Shown: positions 1 to 11,126 of the stretch, in pieces | Layout: each line of letters begins with the position of its first letter | How positions within the stretch are numbered: the stretch's first letter is position 1 | Assembly (NCBI RefSeq): GCF_001447785.1 | Contig: NW_015175443.1 | Span: 14,976 to 78,975 of the forward strand | Direction of reading: 5' to 3' | Length of the DNA stretch: 64,000 nt | DNA from: Gekko japonicus | Lineage: Eukaryota | Notes under the pieces: model-generated | Told to the model about the DNA's origin: nothing | The model's input: only the letters and a program-made list of their open reading frames with translations | Database searches by the model: none | Made by a program: the position numbers and the translations under genes

Positions 1-1525
1 ACCTTCTCGTAATCCAAGGGCTGCAGGGCATACAGCTTCCCACTCTCCGAATGCACTGAGATGTAGCTCGACAGCGGCCATTGCTTCTCATCCAGCCAGT
101 AGCTGACCAAGGCGTTCTCCGCCACATCTGGGTCCAAGGCAGACACTGTGAAGATGTGGGCACCTGGAGGATTGTTCTCCTTCACAAAAACAGTATAGGA
201 GGGCTGTGCAAAAGTGGGTGCGTTGTCGTTCACATCACTGATTGGCACTACCAGACTGCTGCTGGCTGAGCCACCTGCTCCCGGTCCAGTGGCTCAGCCA
301 GTACGAGTGAGTAGTAATTCTTGAAGGTGGATGTCAGCTTGAAGGGGAGCCCAGAAGGCCGTAGGGAGCAGGTCACTTGCCCATTGGCCCCAGAGTCCCT
401 GTCTGAGATACTGATGAGGGCCACCACTGTCCCTGGTGGAGAGTTCTCAGGCACAGGCACTGACAGGGAGGATACTGTCATTTCTGGGGCATTATCATTC
501 ATGTCCAGTACTTCAATGTGAACCTTGCAATGTCCAGACAAGGGAAGGTTTCCTTTGTCTTCTGCCACAATTTGAAGATTATACAAATTAACATCCTCAA
601 AATCCACTTTGCCAAACACTCTAAGTTCCCCAGTGTTGGAATTGATGCTAAACACCTTAGTGAAACTTGATGGTACATTATTACTAAAGAAATAGGAGAT
701 CTCTTTATTGATTCCTTCATCTAAATCAGTAGCATTCAGTTTAATAACCAACGTCCCATTGGCTGCATTTTCCAGCAGCTTTACCCTGTAAACTGACTGG
801 TTAAAGACAGGAAGGTTGTCATTTGCATCCACCACATTGATCACCAGCTGGACTGTGCCCGAGAGCTGTGGCTTGCCTCCGTCAGTGGCTGTGAGCAATA
901 AACGATGCAGAGGATCTTTTTCCCTGTCTAGTGGAGCTTTTAATACAAGTACTGGAGATTTACTCCGGTTCTCTTCACTTCCTGAATCCAGAATGAAGTA
1001 ATCATTCGGGCTGAGTTTGTAGGTTATCAGGGCATTGGCATCTATGTCTGCATCAGAGGCACTAGGTAGTAAGAAACGATAACCTGGCAACCTAGATTCT
1101 GAAATGGCCAGAATCTGTTCATGTACTGAAAACACAGGAGCATTGTCATTTATGTCCTTGATCTCCACCTCCACATGGAAGACCCTCAGGGGTTTATCCA
1201 CAATCACCTCCAGGTGAATGGCACAATCCATGTTCTCGGCACACAGCTCTTCCCTGTCTATCCTGGAATTAACAAACAGAATCCCATTCTGCACATTTAC
1301 CTGAAAATGCTCTTCCTGTCCCTTGGAGACCATCCGGAACATCCGAGGCACCAGCTCACTCACCTCCAGCCCCAGGTCTTGGGCGATGCGGCCCACAAAG
1401 GTGCCGTGCTGGGATTCCTCAGGCACGGAATAATGGAGCTGGCCGCTCCCCACCTCCCAGGCTGTGTGGAGGAGAATCAGCTGCAGCAGCCGCTTTGCCC
1501 CATCATCCTTCTGCCAAGCAACCAT
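1..1525 (-). pseudogene. PCDHA: Protocadherin-alpha variable exon V1, partial (runs off the left edge), frameshifted by a 49-bp deletion in EC4
   Basis: ORF 248..1588 has a signal peptide plus EC1-EC4 ([23 protein letters not shown]5C CAENMDC). The likely true ATG is at 1525 (GCCATGG); the ORF-track start is GTG. Alignment to V3 shows 49 bp missing between 269/270, giving TAG at 248-250. EC5 sequence continues at 1-240. Confidence 0.88.
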
Positions 1526-1740
1526 GGCAAGCTCACACCCAAAGCCCCAACCGTCTTGGCTGTTCTTAGGACTCTCCTTCCCATCCACGCCGGTCTTTCC
1601 AAAATCAGTGGAATTATTTCCTGCTGTGTTGCATCCCTTGTGCGTTATATTCCTGTTGCAGATTAGACAGGCTGGCTTTTCAGTCCCTCCCAGGGAGGAG
1701 CTCCTTGTTTTCAGTCGTCCTTAAATATTCCCTTAGACAA

Positions 1741-1757
1741 CAGTGACCCCTTGTGAC
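1741..1757 (-). promoter_or_regulatory. Pcdh promoter CSE / CTCF-binding site of V1
   Basis: Sense GTCACAAGGGGTCACTG resembles the CTCF core (GCCACCAGGGGGCGCTA). It lies 216 bp upstream of the ATG and is conserved at the same position in the paralogs. Confidence 0.75.
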
Positions 1758-2071
1758 GGAATTTTGAAATGGAGAAACAGTTTCAAATGGAATGGTTCTA
1801 AACCCATTTCTTTCCATTTGTTTTCATACTCCTACTTTGAGAGCACGGCATCCATGTGTCTCCCTTTCTGACAGTGGCATTTATTCCTTTTGTCTGCCTA
1901 CAATGACCAAGAGTCTTGTAGCATGTGAAGGACTTACAAAATTTCATTTCAGCNNNNNNNNNNNNNNNNNNNNNNNNNNNNNNNNNATGTTTAGTTTTAT
2001 TGGCTAGATATTCTTCTGAGGTTTACCAAATATATGTCAACATATATGTGACCCACACATCTGCAAATTCC

Positions 2072-2336
2072 TGTAGTGGTTAAGTGCGCAGACTCTAATC
2101 TGGGAGAACCGGGTTTGATTCCCCACTCCTCCACTTGCAGCTGCTGGATGACCTTGGGCAACCCATAGTTCTGTTAGAGCCGTTCTTGAAAAAGAGCAGT
2201 TTCTGTCAGCTGTCTCAGCCCCACCGACCTCACAGGGTGTCTGTTGTGGGGAGGGGAAGGGAAAGGAGTTTGTAAGCCGCTCTGATACTCTGAGTGAAGG
2301 GCGAGGTATAAATCAAATCTCTTTTTCTTCTCTTCT
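2072..2336 (+). mobile_element. tRNA-derived MIR/CORE-like squamate SINE (Squam3-like)
   Basis: A/B-box head (GTAGTGGTTAAG...GGTTTGATTCCCC), core CTACCTCACAGGGTG-like segment and (TCT)n tail; other copies in the window. Confidence 0.75.
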
Positions 2337-2516
2337 GTATCCTACCAGGAATCCTCACCAGGGAGCCAAGTTTTGCTTGGTATCCCAACCAAGCATAAAG
2401 TCAGGTAAGTTTGTAGTCACGTATTGGCTGAAATAGACCTTCATTGTTCCACTCCCTTTAGGATAATGATGAGTAAGCCTTATGTTTGTGTTGTACCCAC
2501 TCTGACAATAGACACT

Positions 2517-2948
2517 GGCCCTGGTCACACGGGAGGATTTGCCCTGCAGGAGGGACGGATCGGGGGCGCATCAAGCGGGCGCAATCATACCGCAACATCT
2601 GGGAAGCGGCGCGCACCCATCCCCAATCCGTCCTTCTGGGCAAAGACGCAGCTCAAAAAGGTAGTAGCAAAACAGCACTACCTACCGGTTGCCGCGCAGC
2701 ACGGGCGGGCGTCTGATCGCCGACGCGCCCGTCTTTCCCGCAGCATACAAGGCCCTGCCGAACTGCACATGCATGCGCAGTGGGCTCGCCTCACTCTCTG
2801 GTCAGTGGCTTCCCCCCGGCATCATGCCGGGGATGAACTGCGTGGTGGCTGGGGGGATCTGTCTGATCCCACAGCCGCGCTTCTCTTTTGATGCGGCTCT
2901 AAAAAGCCCCACTTCAGCCGTGCCTTTCCCCCTAGTGTGACCAGGGCC
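2517..2948. mobile_element. CpG-rich non-autonomous DNA transposon (PIF/Harbinger-like MITE)
   Basis: Perfect 14-bp TIRs GGCCCTGGTCACAC/GTGTGACCAGGGCC and 3-bp TSD ACT (2514-2516, 2949-2951); absent from the paralogous site near 16635. Confidence 0.8.
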
Positions 2949-3096
2949 ACTGTCAGTTACCATATATAATTTCACAACATATTATTTGCAGGATTGGCTC
3001 CAGATTTGGGCAGCAACAGCCTGCAATGTCCCCTCTTCATTCCCCTATTGGTACTGCCCCCACAGTAACATTCATTTCAGCTCCATTCCCCAAGTA

Positions 3097-3451
3097 GAGC
3101 TGCGGTGGCTCAAGTGGTTAAGACGCTGAACTGCAGGCTGTGGAAGGTCAGTAGTTCAGCAGTTCAAGACCCGAGTGTGCCGCATGACGGAATGAGCTCC
3201 TGTCTCTAGTTCCAGCTCCTGCCAACCTAGCAGTTCGAAAGCAAGACATTGCAAGTAGATAAATAGGTACCACTTTGGTGGGAAGGTAACAGCATTCCGT
3301 GCGCCTTGGTGTTTAGTCATGCTGGCCACATGACCACGGAAACGTCTTCGGACAGCGCTGGCTCATCGGCTTTGAAACGGAGATGAGCACCGCAACCCTA
3401 GAGTCGGATTCGACTGGCTTTCGAGCAAGGGAACCTTTACCTTTACCTTTA
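3097..3451 (+). mobile_element. Sauria SINE, full length
   Basis: tRNA-like head, (ACCTTT)n tail, TSD CCCCAAGTA (3088-3096/3452-3460); empty paralogous site at ~16767. Confidence 0.88.
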
Positions 3452-3753
3452 CCCCAAGTAGAAATCTGGCTGGCTACTCCTTGTCTGTAGAACGGTGAGA
3501 TCCCCCTAGTATACGCTGTGATTATACATGAACCACTTCCATTTCCTGAAAGGGAAGCACTTGCCAACGGCAGAAAACAATTTGCTTGTGCTCTTTTTTG
3601 GTCATGTCAGCATATGAGATCATCACACTGGCACCAATGTCTATGGCGCAACCTACAAATGGCAATGATTTGTGAATTGATTTGCACCTCCAAGAAAAAA
3701 AGGGAATGAGTGGGTATTTGTATAGGGAGTTTATATACAAACTACCATATATA

Positions 3754-4102
3754 GGAGCTGCGGTGGCTCAAGTGGTTAAGACGCTAAACTGCAGGCTGTG
3801 GAAGGTCAGTAGTTCAGCAGTTCGAGACCCGAGTGTGCCGCATGACGGAATGAGCTCCTGTCTCTAGTTCCAGCTCCTGCCAACCTAGCAGTTCGAAAGC
3901 AAGACATTGCAAGTAGATAAATAGGTACCACTTTGGTGGGAAGGTAACAGCATTCCGTGCACCTTGGTGTTTAGTCATGCCGGCCACATGACCACGGAAA
4001 CGTCTTTGGACAGCGCTGGCTCTTCGGCTTTGAAACGGAGATGAGCACCGCAACCCTAGAGTCGGATTTGACTGGCTTTCGAGCAAGGGAGACCTTTACC
4101 TT
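3754..4102 (+). mobile_element. Sauria SINE, full length
   Basis: Near-identical to 3097-3451; TSD TACCATATATA (3743-3753/4103-4113). Confidence 0.88.
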
Positions 4103-4266
4103 TACCATATATATACTTCTCTTTGCTACAGAAAGGGGACAGTATGATTTTTGTTGAAATTAAGTGACCTGGTACAACTGAAAAGGTGCTGGGAAAATCT
4201 AACAGGCTCGAGACAGTTTTTCAAGTTACTTCAGACTACATCAAATCATGAGGGAGGTAAATAGAG

Positions 4267-4360
4267 GTTGTTGTTGTTCAGTCGCACAGTCGAGTCCGAC
4301 TCTTCGCGACCCCATGGATCATCTCCCGCCAGGCCCTCCTGTCTTCCGCCGTCCTCTGAA
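4267..4360 (-). mobile_element. Bov-B/RTE LINE 3' end (short 5'-truncated insertion)
   Basis: Minus strand reads EDRRAWREMIHGVAKSRTRL followed by a (CAA)n tail; flanked by repeated AGGGAGGTA; absent at paralogous ~17250. Confidence 0.75.
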
Positions 4361-4764
4361 GAGGTAGGGAGGTATAACTGAGATAAATGGAACCGCTCAA
4401 GTCAAGGAGTCCCATCATGAGTATGTGAGAGGTTCTGTTGCCAGTACTTCGTTGTCTTGAATGGTTCATGGATATCAATTCTCTATTGTCTAGCCAGGAT
4501 AATGCAAATTATATCTATGGGAAATCCTTCATTTTTATAAACAGTAGAAGGTTTATTTGGGATTGGAGCATATTTTCAACTACAAATTCCTACATACTTC
4601 CCTATACACCCCTTTCTGATTCCATCACTATGTCTAATAATAAAGTGGCATGCCCTTTTGTGGACGATAAAAGCCATTCAAAGAGACCATTCACAGGCAA
4701 AAGGGGGTGGTCTACACAGGGGACTCTAAGTATCTCTTCTTCTAAAACAATAACAGCCTTAAAT

Positions 4765-6018
4765 AGTAAATTATTCCTAGAATTCAGAGATGGAATACTT
4801 GCAGCTGATGATGCTGATGATGCCCTGGCTCTATATGATAAATTCATTCAATCTTCTTTTAAATATCTAGGGGTAGTGTTTCATCAATCAGGTTCTTGGT
4901 CAGAACATACCAAACAGAAGCTTGAAAGAGTAGTGATTGACATACTTAGATTTTATAGAGAAAGGAGAAGCTCATTGGTGACTCCCACACTGGAAATTGT
5001 AAAATCAAAAGTACTCTCTCAATTGTTACACGGTGCCCCAATTTGGGCTTTGAGAATTTATACCCATTAGAAGTCATACATAATAAATTTGTGCATATGT
5101 TGTTGTGAGTACACAATTCAACTCCATCAGTTATTGTAAGATCAGAGGTTCAGGTGAACAGCCGTGTTGGTCTGAAGCCACAGAACAAAGTTTGAGTCCA
5201 GTGGCACCTTTAGTCCAGTGGTCTTAAAGGTGCCACTGGACTCAAACTTTGTTCTGTAAGATCAGTGCTCTCTTTATGCCCAATAGTAACATTAGTTCAT
5301 AAAATTGCTGTTAATTTTTGGCTGAAGATCTTCTCCCTGTAGTCAACTTTTGTAATTTTGGTCTATGAGGAGATGAAAAGCAAGTCATGGCACTCCCAGA
5401 TATTGTCTTTAGTGGCTAAATTAGGATTTTCTGAGGAATACCTAAGGAGTTTGATCCCTTTATAGCCAGACACTTAATTAAACAAATACTACTGGATATG
5501 AGTGCTCAAACAGATTTTGGGTTACTTAGTACCCTGAGATCAGCTTCTTTATACAAGCAACTTCTTTCTCTCTCTTTAACTGTTCTGATAAACTCTGATG
5601 ATTTGCTGATTACTGAGTATAGAAAGGCGTTTACTAAAGATCACATGGACATTTTACAACTCTCAGTAGTGAACGGTCAGTATAATGACACCCTATTTGA
5701 TGGATGAGTTTGCTCTTGCTATTGAAGATCTGGCCCATGTGACCTTTTGGTGCCTGAGGTTTACAGAGGTTCGAGAAAGATATCTTGGGAATATAGTATT
5801 ATGATAGGGAGATCAGATCTGAATAAACTTGTAATGCTATTGGCAGATGGAAATACAGCAAATGGCAAAGTATATTGCCATGGTTGTTAAGAGTAAGATA
5901 AAGTTAAGATCTGTGGATGTAACTTCTACTAATGGATAGTTTTATTTTTTGTTATGGTGCTATGAAATTAATCTTTGTTGTTATGGTTGTGAATATTATG
6001 CTATAGCTGGCAATATAA
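4765..6018 (+). mobile_element. Degenerate non-LTR retrotransposon RT/C-terminal fragment (RTE-X-like)
   Basis: ORF 4438..5070 contains FKYLGVVFHQSGSWSEH and KSKVLSQLLHGAPIW (post-RT motifs); absent from the paralogous block near 17790. Confidence 0.6.
5148..5257. mobile_element. Penelope-like pseudo-LTR fragment forming an inverted repeat
   Basis: Same sequence as 52501-52570; perfect 33-bp arms (5180-5212/5225-5257); flanked by direct repeat TGTAAGATCAG (5135-5145/5255-5265). Confidence 0.7.
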
Positions 6019-6058
6019 NNNNNNNNNNNNNNNNNNNNNNNNNNNNNNNNNNNNNNNN

Positions 6059-6357
6059 GGAGGAGGAGGAGGAGGAGGAGGAGGAGGAGATTGGATTTAT
6101 ACCCCGCCCTTCACTTGGAGTCTCAGAGCAGCTTACAAACTCCTTTCCCTTCCCCTCCCCCTCCCCACAACAGACACCCTGTGAGGTGGGTGGGGCTGAG
6201 AGAACTCTGGCACAAACGGTTTTTTTAAGGACAGCTATGCCAGAGCTTGTGACTGACCCAAGGTCACATCAGCAGGTGCAAGTGGAGGAGTGGGGAATCA
6301 AACCCAGTTCTCCCAGATTAGAGTCCGCGCACTCAACCACTACACCGAACTGGCTCT
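6059..6357 (-). mobile_element. Squam3-like tRNA SINE with (TCC)n tail next to an assembly gap
   Basis: Reverse complement of the family at 2072-2336; (GGA)n at 6059-6090. Confidence 0.75.
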
Positions 6358-6379
6358 ATGACGTTGAGTCAATGCAATA

Positions 6380-9300
6380 AAAGTACTTGATTATTGTTAT
6401 CAAAGATGATGAATTTATGGCTCTGATGAGGGTAGGAAAGTGAGTTATAAGTTAAGTAAATAAAATGAATGCATACATAAAAATGTATTATTTTAATTAT
6501 TGCAGTGATAACTAGCTGTCTTAAAAGAAAAAAAATCAAAACTATTAAAATAATAAATGAGGTAAAGTACCTCCCTACACAGAGCTACACTCTTCCAGAA
6601 AAATGTCCAGGAAAAAATAACTGAAATCTGACTAACGATCTCCTCCAAAATGGAAAAATTGTACAAAAATTTAAAAGAGATAGACTGAGGAAGGAAGGAA
6701 GGAAGGAAGGAAGGAAGTAAGTTTGGGAGCAAAACATAAGCACAAAGTAATAAGCCAAAAGAAAACCCAGACAGAAATGTCCTCTTGAGGAGTAAATAGG
6801 TTCAGATTTTAAGAGCAGCAGTCAGTTTGTGGGAAAGGGGTGGTAATAATTTCTGCTCAAACTTCTGAGAGCTTAGGAACTGCTCGAGGGGAAATTTCAG
6901 TCAGGGTGGGATTTCTAAATTGATTCCTCCTGTGAGTCCTTGAAGTTATCCAGCTTTATATCTAACAGTTAAATGGCTGACCCCCATATGGGTTATGAAA
7001 GCCATCCAATGGGACCTCCCACACACAAAGCTTGGTTCTCTACATACCCAAGGGAGTTCCCCAATATACGGAGAAGGGAAGGGGCTTAAGATGGCCTAAT
7101 GAGGACTGAAAATGCACCACAAGGGATGGAATGTTGAGAGAAGCTCAGCTTAATTCAAAGGGGGAAAGGAGGTGGGAAGAAAGATTCAAACTGCTCAGGC
7201 TTCCTAGAGGATAGATGACCATGGAGAACACTTTAAGAGATGAAACTGAATTTTAAAATTATTTATTATTGTTGTTTGTTATTCCTCACAGGCCCCCAGC
7301 CTGTCACTGTATTGAGTAATAAAGTAGCTGATCCCCTTTATGATAACAAAGGCAGCCAAAAAAGGGCTACCAACAGATACTTGAGAGGTTTTCAAGCTAT
7401 GCTGAAAAATATGGTGTCACAAATTATCCAGAAAAAAAATTACCTCACCCAGAAATAACATTGTGAAGACTGAAAATGCATCAGGAACATGGAATGTTGA
7501 AAATAGCTGAATATCATTTTAAAGGGGGGGGGGTAGGAAAAACCAATCTGCTCAAGCTCCTGAGAGCTTGCAGAAACCTGCAGGGAGAGATTGTGAGGGG
7601 CAAGCAAAGGTTTTCCAAACTATCCCAACTCCCATGATTCCTTGCAGGTTCCCAGCTAGTAATGTCGTAACATTTACTTTTGCCTTCTGCCATTTAATGG
7701 TGTTAAAAATTATATTCATTGTTTAGAGGAGCGAGATTTATCTATAACAAATCACTAACTGGTTTGGGAGTTAATGTAGCTTTTCAATATGATATTTACG
7801 TAATATCCATACATATTCATTGGCCTTGGGTTAATTGATCTTTTATATTTACTATGGCCCTCTGATCCCAAAACTATGTATGACTTTAATATCTTTTTCA
7901 CCTTCTCTGTTCATTTCCTAGTAATCAGCCTCTCTAGTCTGTTTTATGTTTTGAGCACATGAAGCTTTCTTATAATGAATTAGATTATTGGTCTATCAGT
8001 GTCAGTTCTATCTACTCGGACATCAGCTCTCCAGGATTTCAGATGGAGGTCTTTCACATCACATACTACCCTATTTATATATGGGAGATGTCAGAGATAG
8101 AGCCTGCAAATGCTCTATCACTGAACATCTTGTGTTCTTATGATACAGCTGGAATTTCTCATTCATTTATAAAGTCCTTAATGTTCTGCATCTTAAGATT
8201 CATCTTAAGATTCATGTTTTATAGTGGCTTGCATAACATTTAAAAAGTCTTCTGCTTTCTCTTCTATAGTGGCTGCATATTTATCTCCATCTATTTAATT
8301 GATGGTTTATGTTCATACTTTGTTTATACAGCCAATACTCTAGGAAAAGGTTTTCTTGGCTCATTTCTATATTTGAATAGCTGTTGCTGAGATTATTTGT
8401 TTTTTCACAAACTCTGTTTTAAATTTATTCTTTGCATTGTCTAATTACCTCATAATTTACAAATTTGTATTTCTCTGTATACCAGGGGAGTCCCCTAAAG
8501 TAGGTAGTGACCCTCACCTTGTCCATGGGTGCCCTGATTTTGCTGCTTTCATCATCCAATCAGAGACTAGCCAGTTTACTGTAATAAACAAGTATATATA
8601 CAGATTCACAAACACACATCAGTATCAGTCATAGCATACAAAGTAACAATTTGTTCATCTCAGATTTATGATATGTAATTTTTCTTGTCTACCATTTTAT
8701 CAATGGCAAGAAGGCATTTGACAGAGTAGAGTATCCTTTTATGAAAGAAGCAGTGAAAGCAGTGAAAGCATTAAGATTTGTTCTTCATAAAGTAAGATGT
8801 TGATTTTCAGCATGGTTTTGACACAGATAATTAACAGACAATTATCAAAACATTTTAAATAGAAGCAATGAGTATGATAAGGTTGCATTTGAAAATACTG
8901 CTGGTTATATAGTCAGCCAGTCTGGGCTCTTTGGAGTTCCAATCTGCTTGGAACCTGCTACCCAATCCATATACTGGAGATGCCGAGGATAGAGCCTGGA
9001 ACCTTCTGCATTTAAAGCAAATGCTCTACCACTGAGCATCTTGTGTTCTTGTGATACAGCTGGAATTTCTCATTTATTTATATAGTCCTTAATGTCCTTA
9101 ATGTTCTCCAACTTCGGATTCATGTCTTATATACTTCAGTACAATATTTGAGAAAATCTTCTGTTTTCTCTTCTGTAGTAGTTGCATATTTATCTTCACC
9201 AGTTTTAACTGATGGAACATGTTTGTGTTTTGATTATACAGATAATAATCTAGCAAGAGATATTCTTGGCTCATCTCTATATTTGAAGAGTTGTTGCTAA

Positions 9301-10640
9301 TTTGTGATTTTACAAAATCTGTTTTTAAGAAAGTAACACAATTAACTAATCTCAGCTATTTCTCATGTAAACTATTTTATCAGTGGCAAGAAGGCATTTG
9401 ACAGAATAGAATATCCTTTCATGAAAGAAGCAGTGAAAGCTTTAGGATTTGTTCTTCATACATTAAAATATTGATTTTCACCACAGTTTTGGCTAAAATA
9501 ATTAACAGGCAATTATCAAAATCTTGCATTTGAAAATGTTGCTGGTTATAAAGAGAACCAAATAAAGCCTGGGTTCTTAGGAGTTCCAGTCTATTTGGAG
9601 AAAAGTGATCCAAAAAGAGAATAAACAAAGATGTGTTATATCTCCATCCAGTTCTCCGGTTCTGCTTGTCAAGTTACATAAGGTGCAGTCCTAAACAGAG
9701 TCCTATCCTTCAAAGTCTCTTGATATCCATGGACCTCTGCTTACAATTGCACTGATAAGCACCAGAGTTTAAGTGATTGACCAAGTAGAGGAAGAGGAGG
9801 AGAAGGCCTCAGTGAGAATATCTGAGGCACACACAGATCTCCTGTTTCTCAGAGTGCCCAGGCGCACTGTGCACACACTGAAGGTCAGGTTGGGAAACAG
9901 GGCTCTATTAAGCCTTATGGGACACCTCCATGTCTGTGTGCTATGGCTGCATATGCCATAAAAACAGTTGTTCTTACATTTTGCTGACCTCCTCATTAAA
10001 TGCCATAAACCAATTCTCAATATAAGAATAATAAAATGGCGGTGTTTATCTATAAAAAATCTTTGACTCAAAGAAGCAATTGCTGCCAACCACCTCCCCT
10101 TATAACTTTACATGAATAAAAAATAGCACATAAAATACTTAGCAACATGATGAACTAGATGAAACACTGGGAATATGAAGTCAATGGATTTAGATTGGAG
10201 TAACTCTACATGAGATTGCACCGTAAACATCCTTTCTTAGTAAGCAGCTACCAAGCAATACCTTGTCTCAGACTGAGATCATGGGATGGGGTGAGGGGTA
10301 ATGTTTTCTCCTGCATCATTTTCCTGACCTGAAATGATCCTGTAGAACTGTCGTGAGCTAAGGCTGGAAGATAATAGCTTGCCTTTCTTTCACATCATTA
10401 CAAAAATATACGTCAAAAATATTCATACCACTCAAATCCAAAACCAAAATATCCACAGTGTGAGGCTGGCAAGGCTGTTTGAGATAAGATGCATGAGAAA
10501 AGACCTTTGCCAGGCAATCAACAAATACAGTCAAATAATAATAATGCCTTTCGATTTATTGATTCTCATCCTCAACAATACACGAGCCATTGCACAATTC
10601 TCCTGCAATTGGAGAAAAGTGGTTCCTACATGACAAAGAC
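6380..10640. repeat. Intergenic segmental-duplication block, copy A
   Basis: Collinear homology to ~18290-22480 and ~31100-33490, e.g. AGAAATAACATTGTGAAG at ~7451, ~19319 and ~31188. Confidence 0.85.
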
Positions 10641-11126
10641 AGTCCACAACATTTTGGGGCCCTCCTACAGCTTAATAAATGAAATTAACAAATGGTTGTC
10701 CATTCATGATACTCCAGAAGAAAAAGGGAATAATATTGTTGATAAACAGATTTGCCAACTAAAGAGGAAGGGAAATCAGCTCTCTTCTGCTTTTAACAGC
10801 AACTTGAGCAGAAAGAGCTTTCCACAGCATGAAGATGAACATTAAGTCTCTGCAGATCAAGGCACAACTAAATACCAGTTTTGAAAGTAGTAAATGAAAT
10901 AAACCAATGGCCATCTTTTCATGGTATCGCAGAGTAGAGAAGGAATAATACCATTGATAAACATGGCTGCCAACTAAATGGGGGGGGGGATAATCACTTT
11001 GTATCTTGATCTATCACTTTGTATTTTGTTTAGGCTACAGACAAACTGATAACAATGAAGAACTCGGTGGCTTCAGATCCAATGCTCACAACCAAGCCAG
11101 TTATAGATTCTGTATAATATATTCTG

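Noticed and set aside
860-900. Possible exonic CTCF site (eCBS) in EC2 near LTATDGG
   Set aside because: Mammalian Pcdha exons have an eCBS, but I cannot locate a convincing motif by eye; it needs a PWM scan or ChIP.
1526-1588. N-terminal extension [21 protein letters not shown] in ORFs 248..1588, 13483..15927 and 24051..25457
   Set aside because: Starts at GTG in the ORF track; the strong-context ATG 63 nt downstream gives a normal signal peptide comparable to V4/V5.
1175-1724. Recurrent plus-strand ORFs over the Pcdh exons (e.g. 1175..1666, 15514..16005, 43886..44236)
   Set aside because: Antisense shadows of the duplicated cadherin coding sequence; recurrence is explained by paralogy. 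Antisense lncRNAs may exist but cannot be shown from sequence.
3814-4086. Repeated ORF MLESQSNPTLGLRCSSPF... (also 41358..41636, 46399..46767)
   Set aside because: Antisense reading of Sauria SINE copies, not a gene family.
9773-9961. Duplicated ORF M.DQVEEEEE...LWLHMP (also 21769..21960)
   Set aside because: GTG start, short, no recognisable domain; conservation is explained by the segmental duplication.
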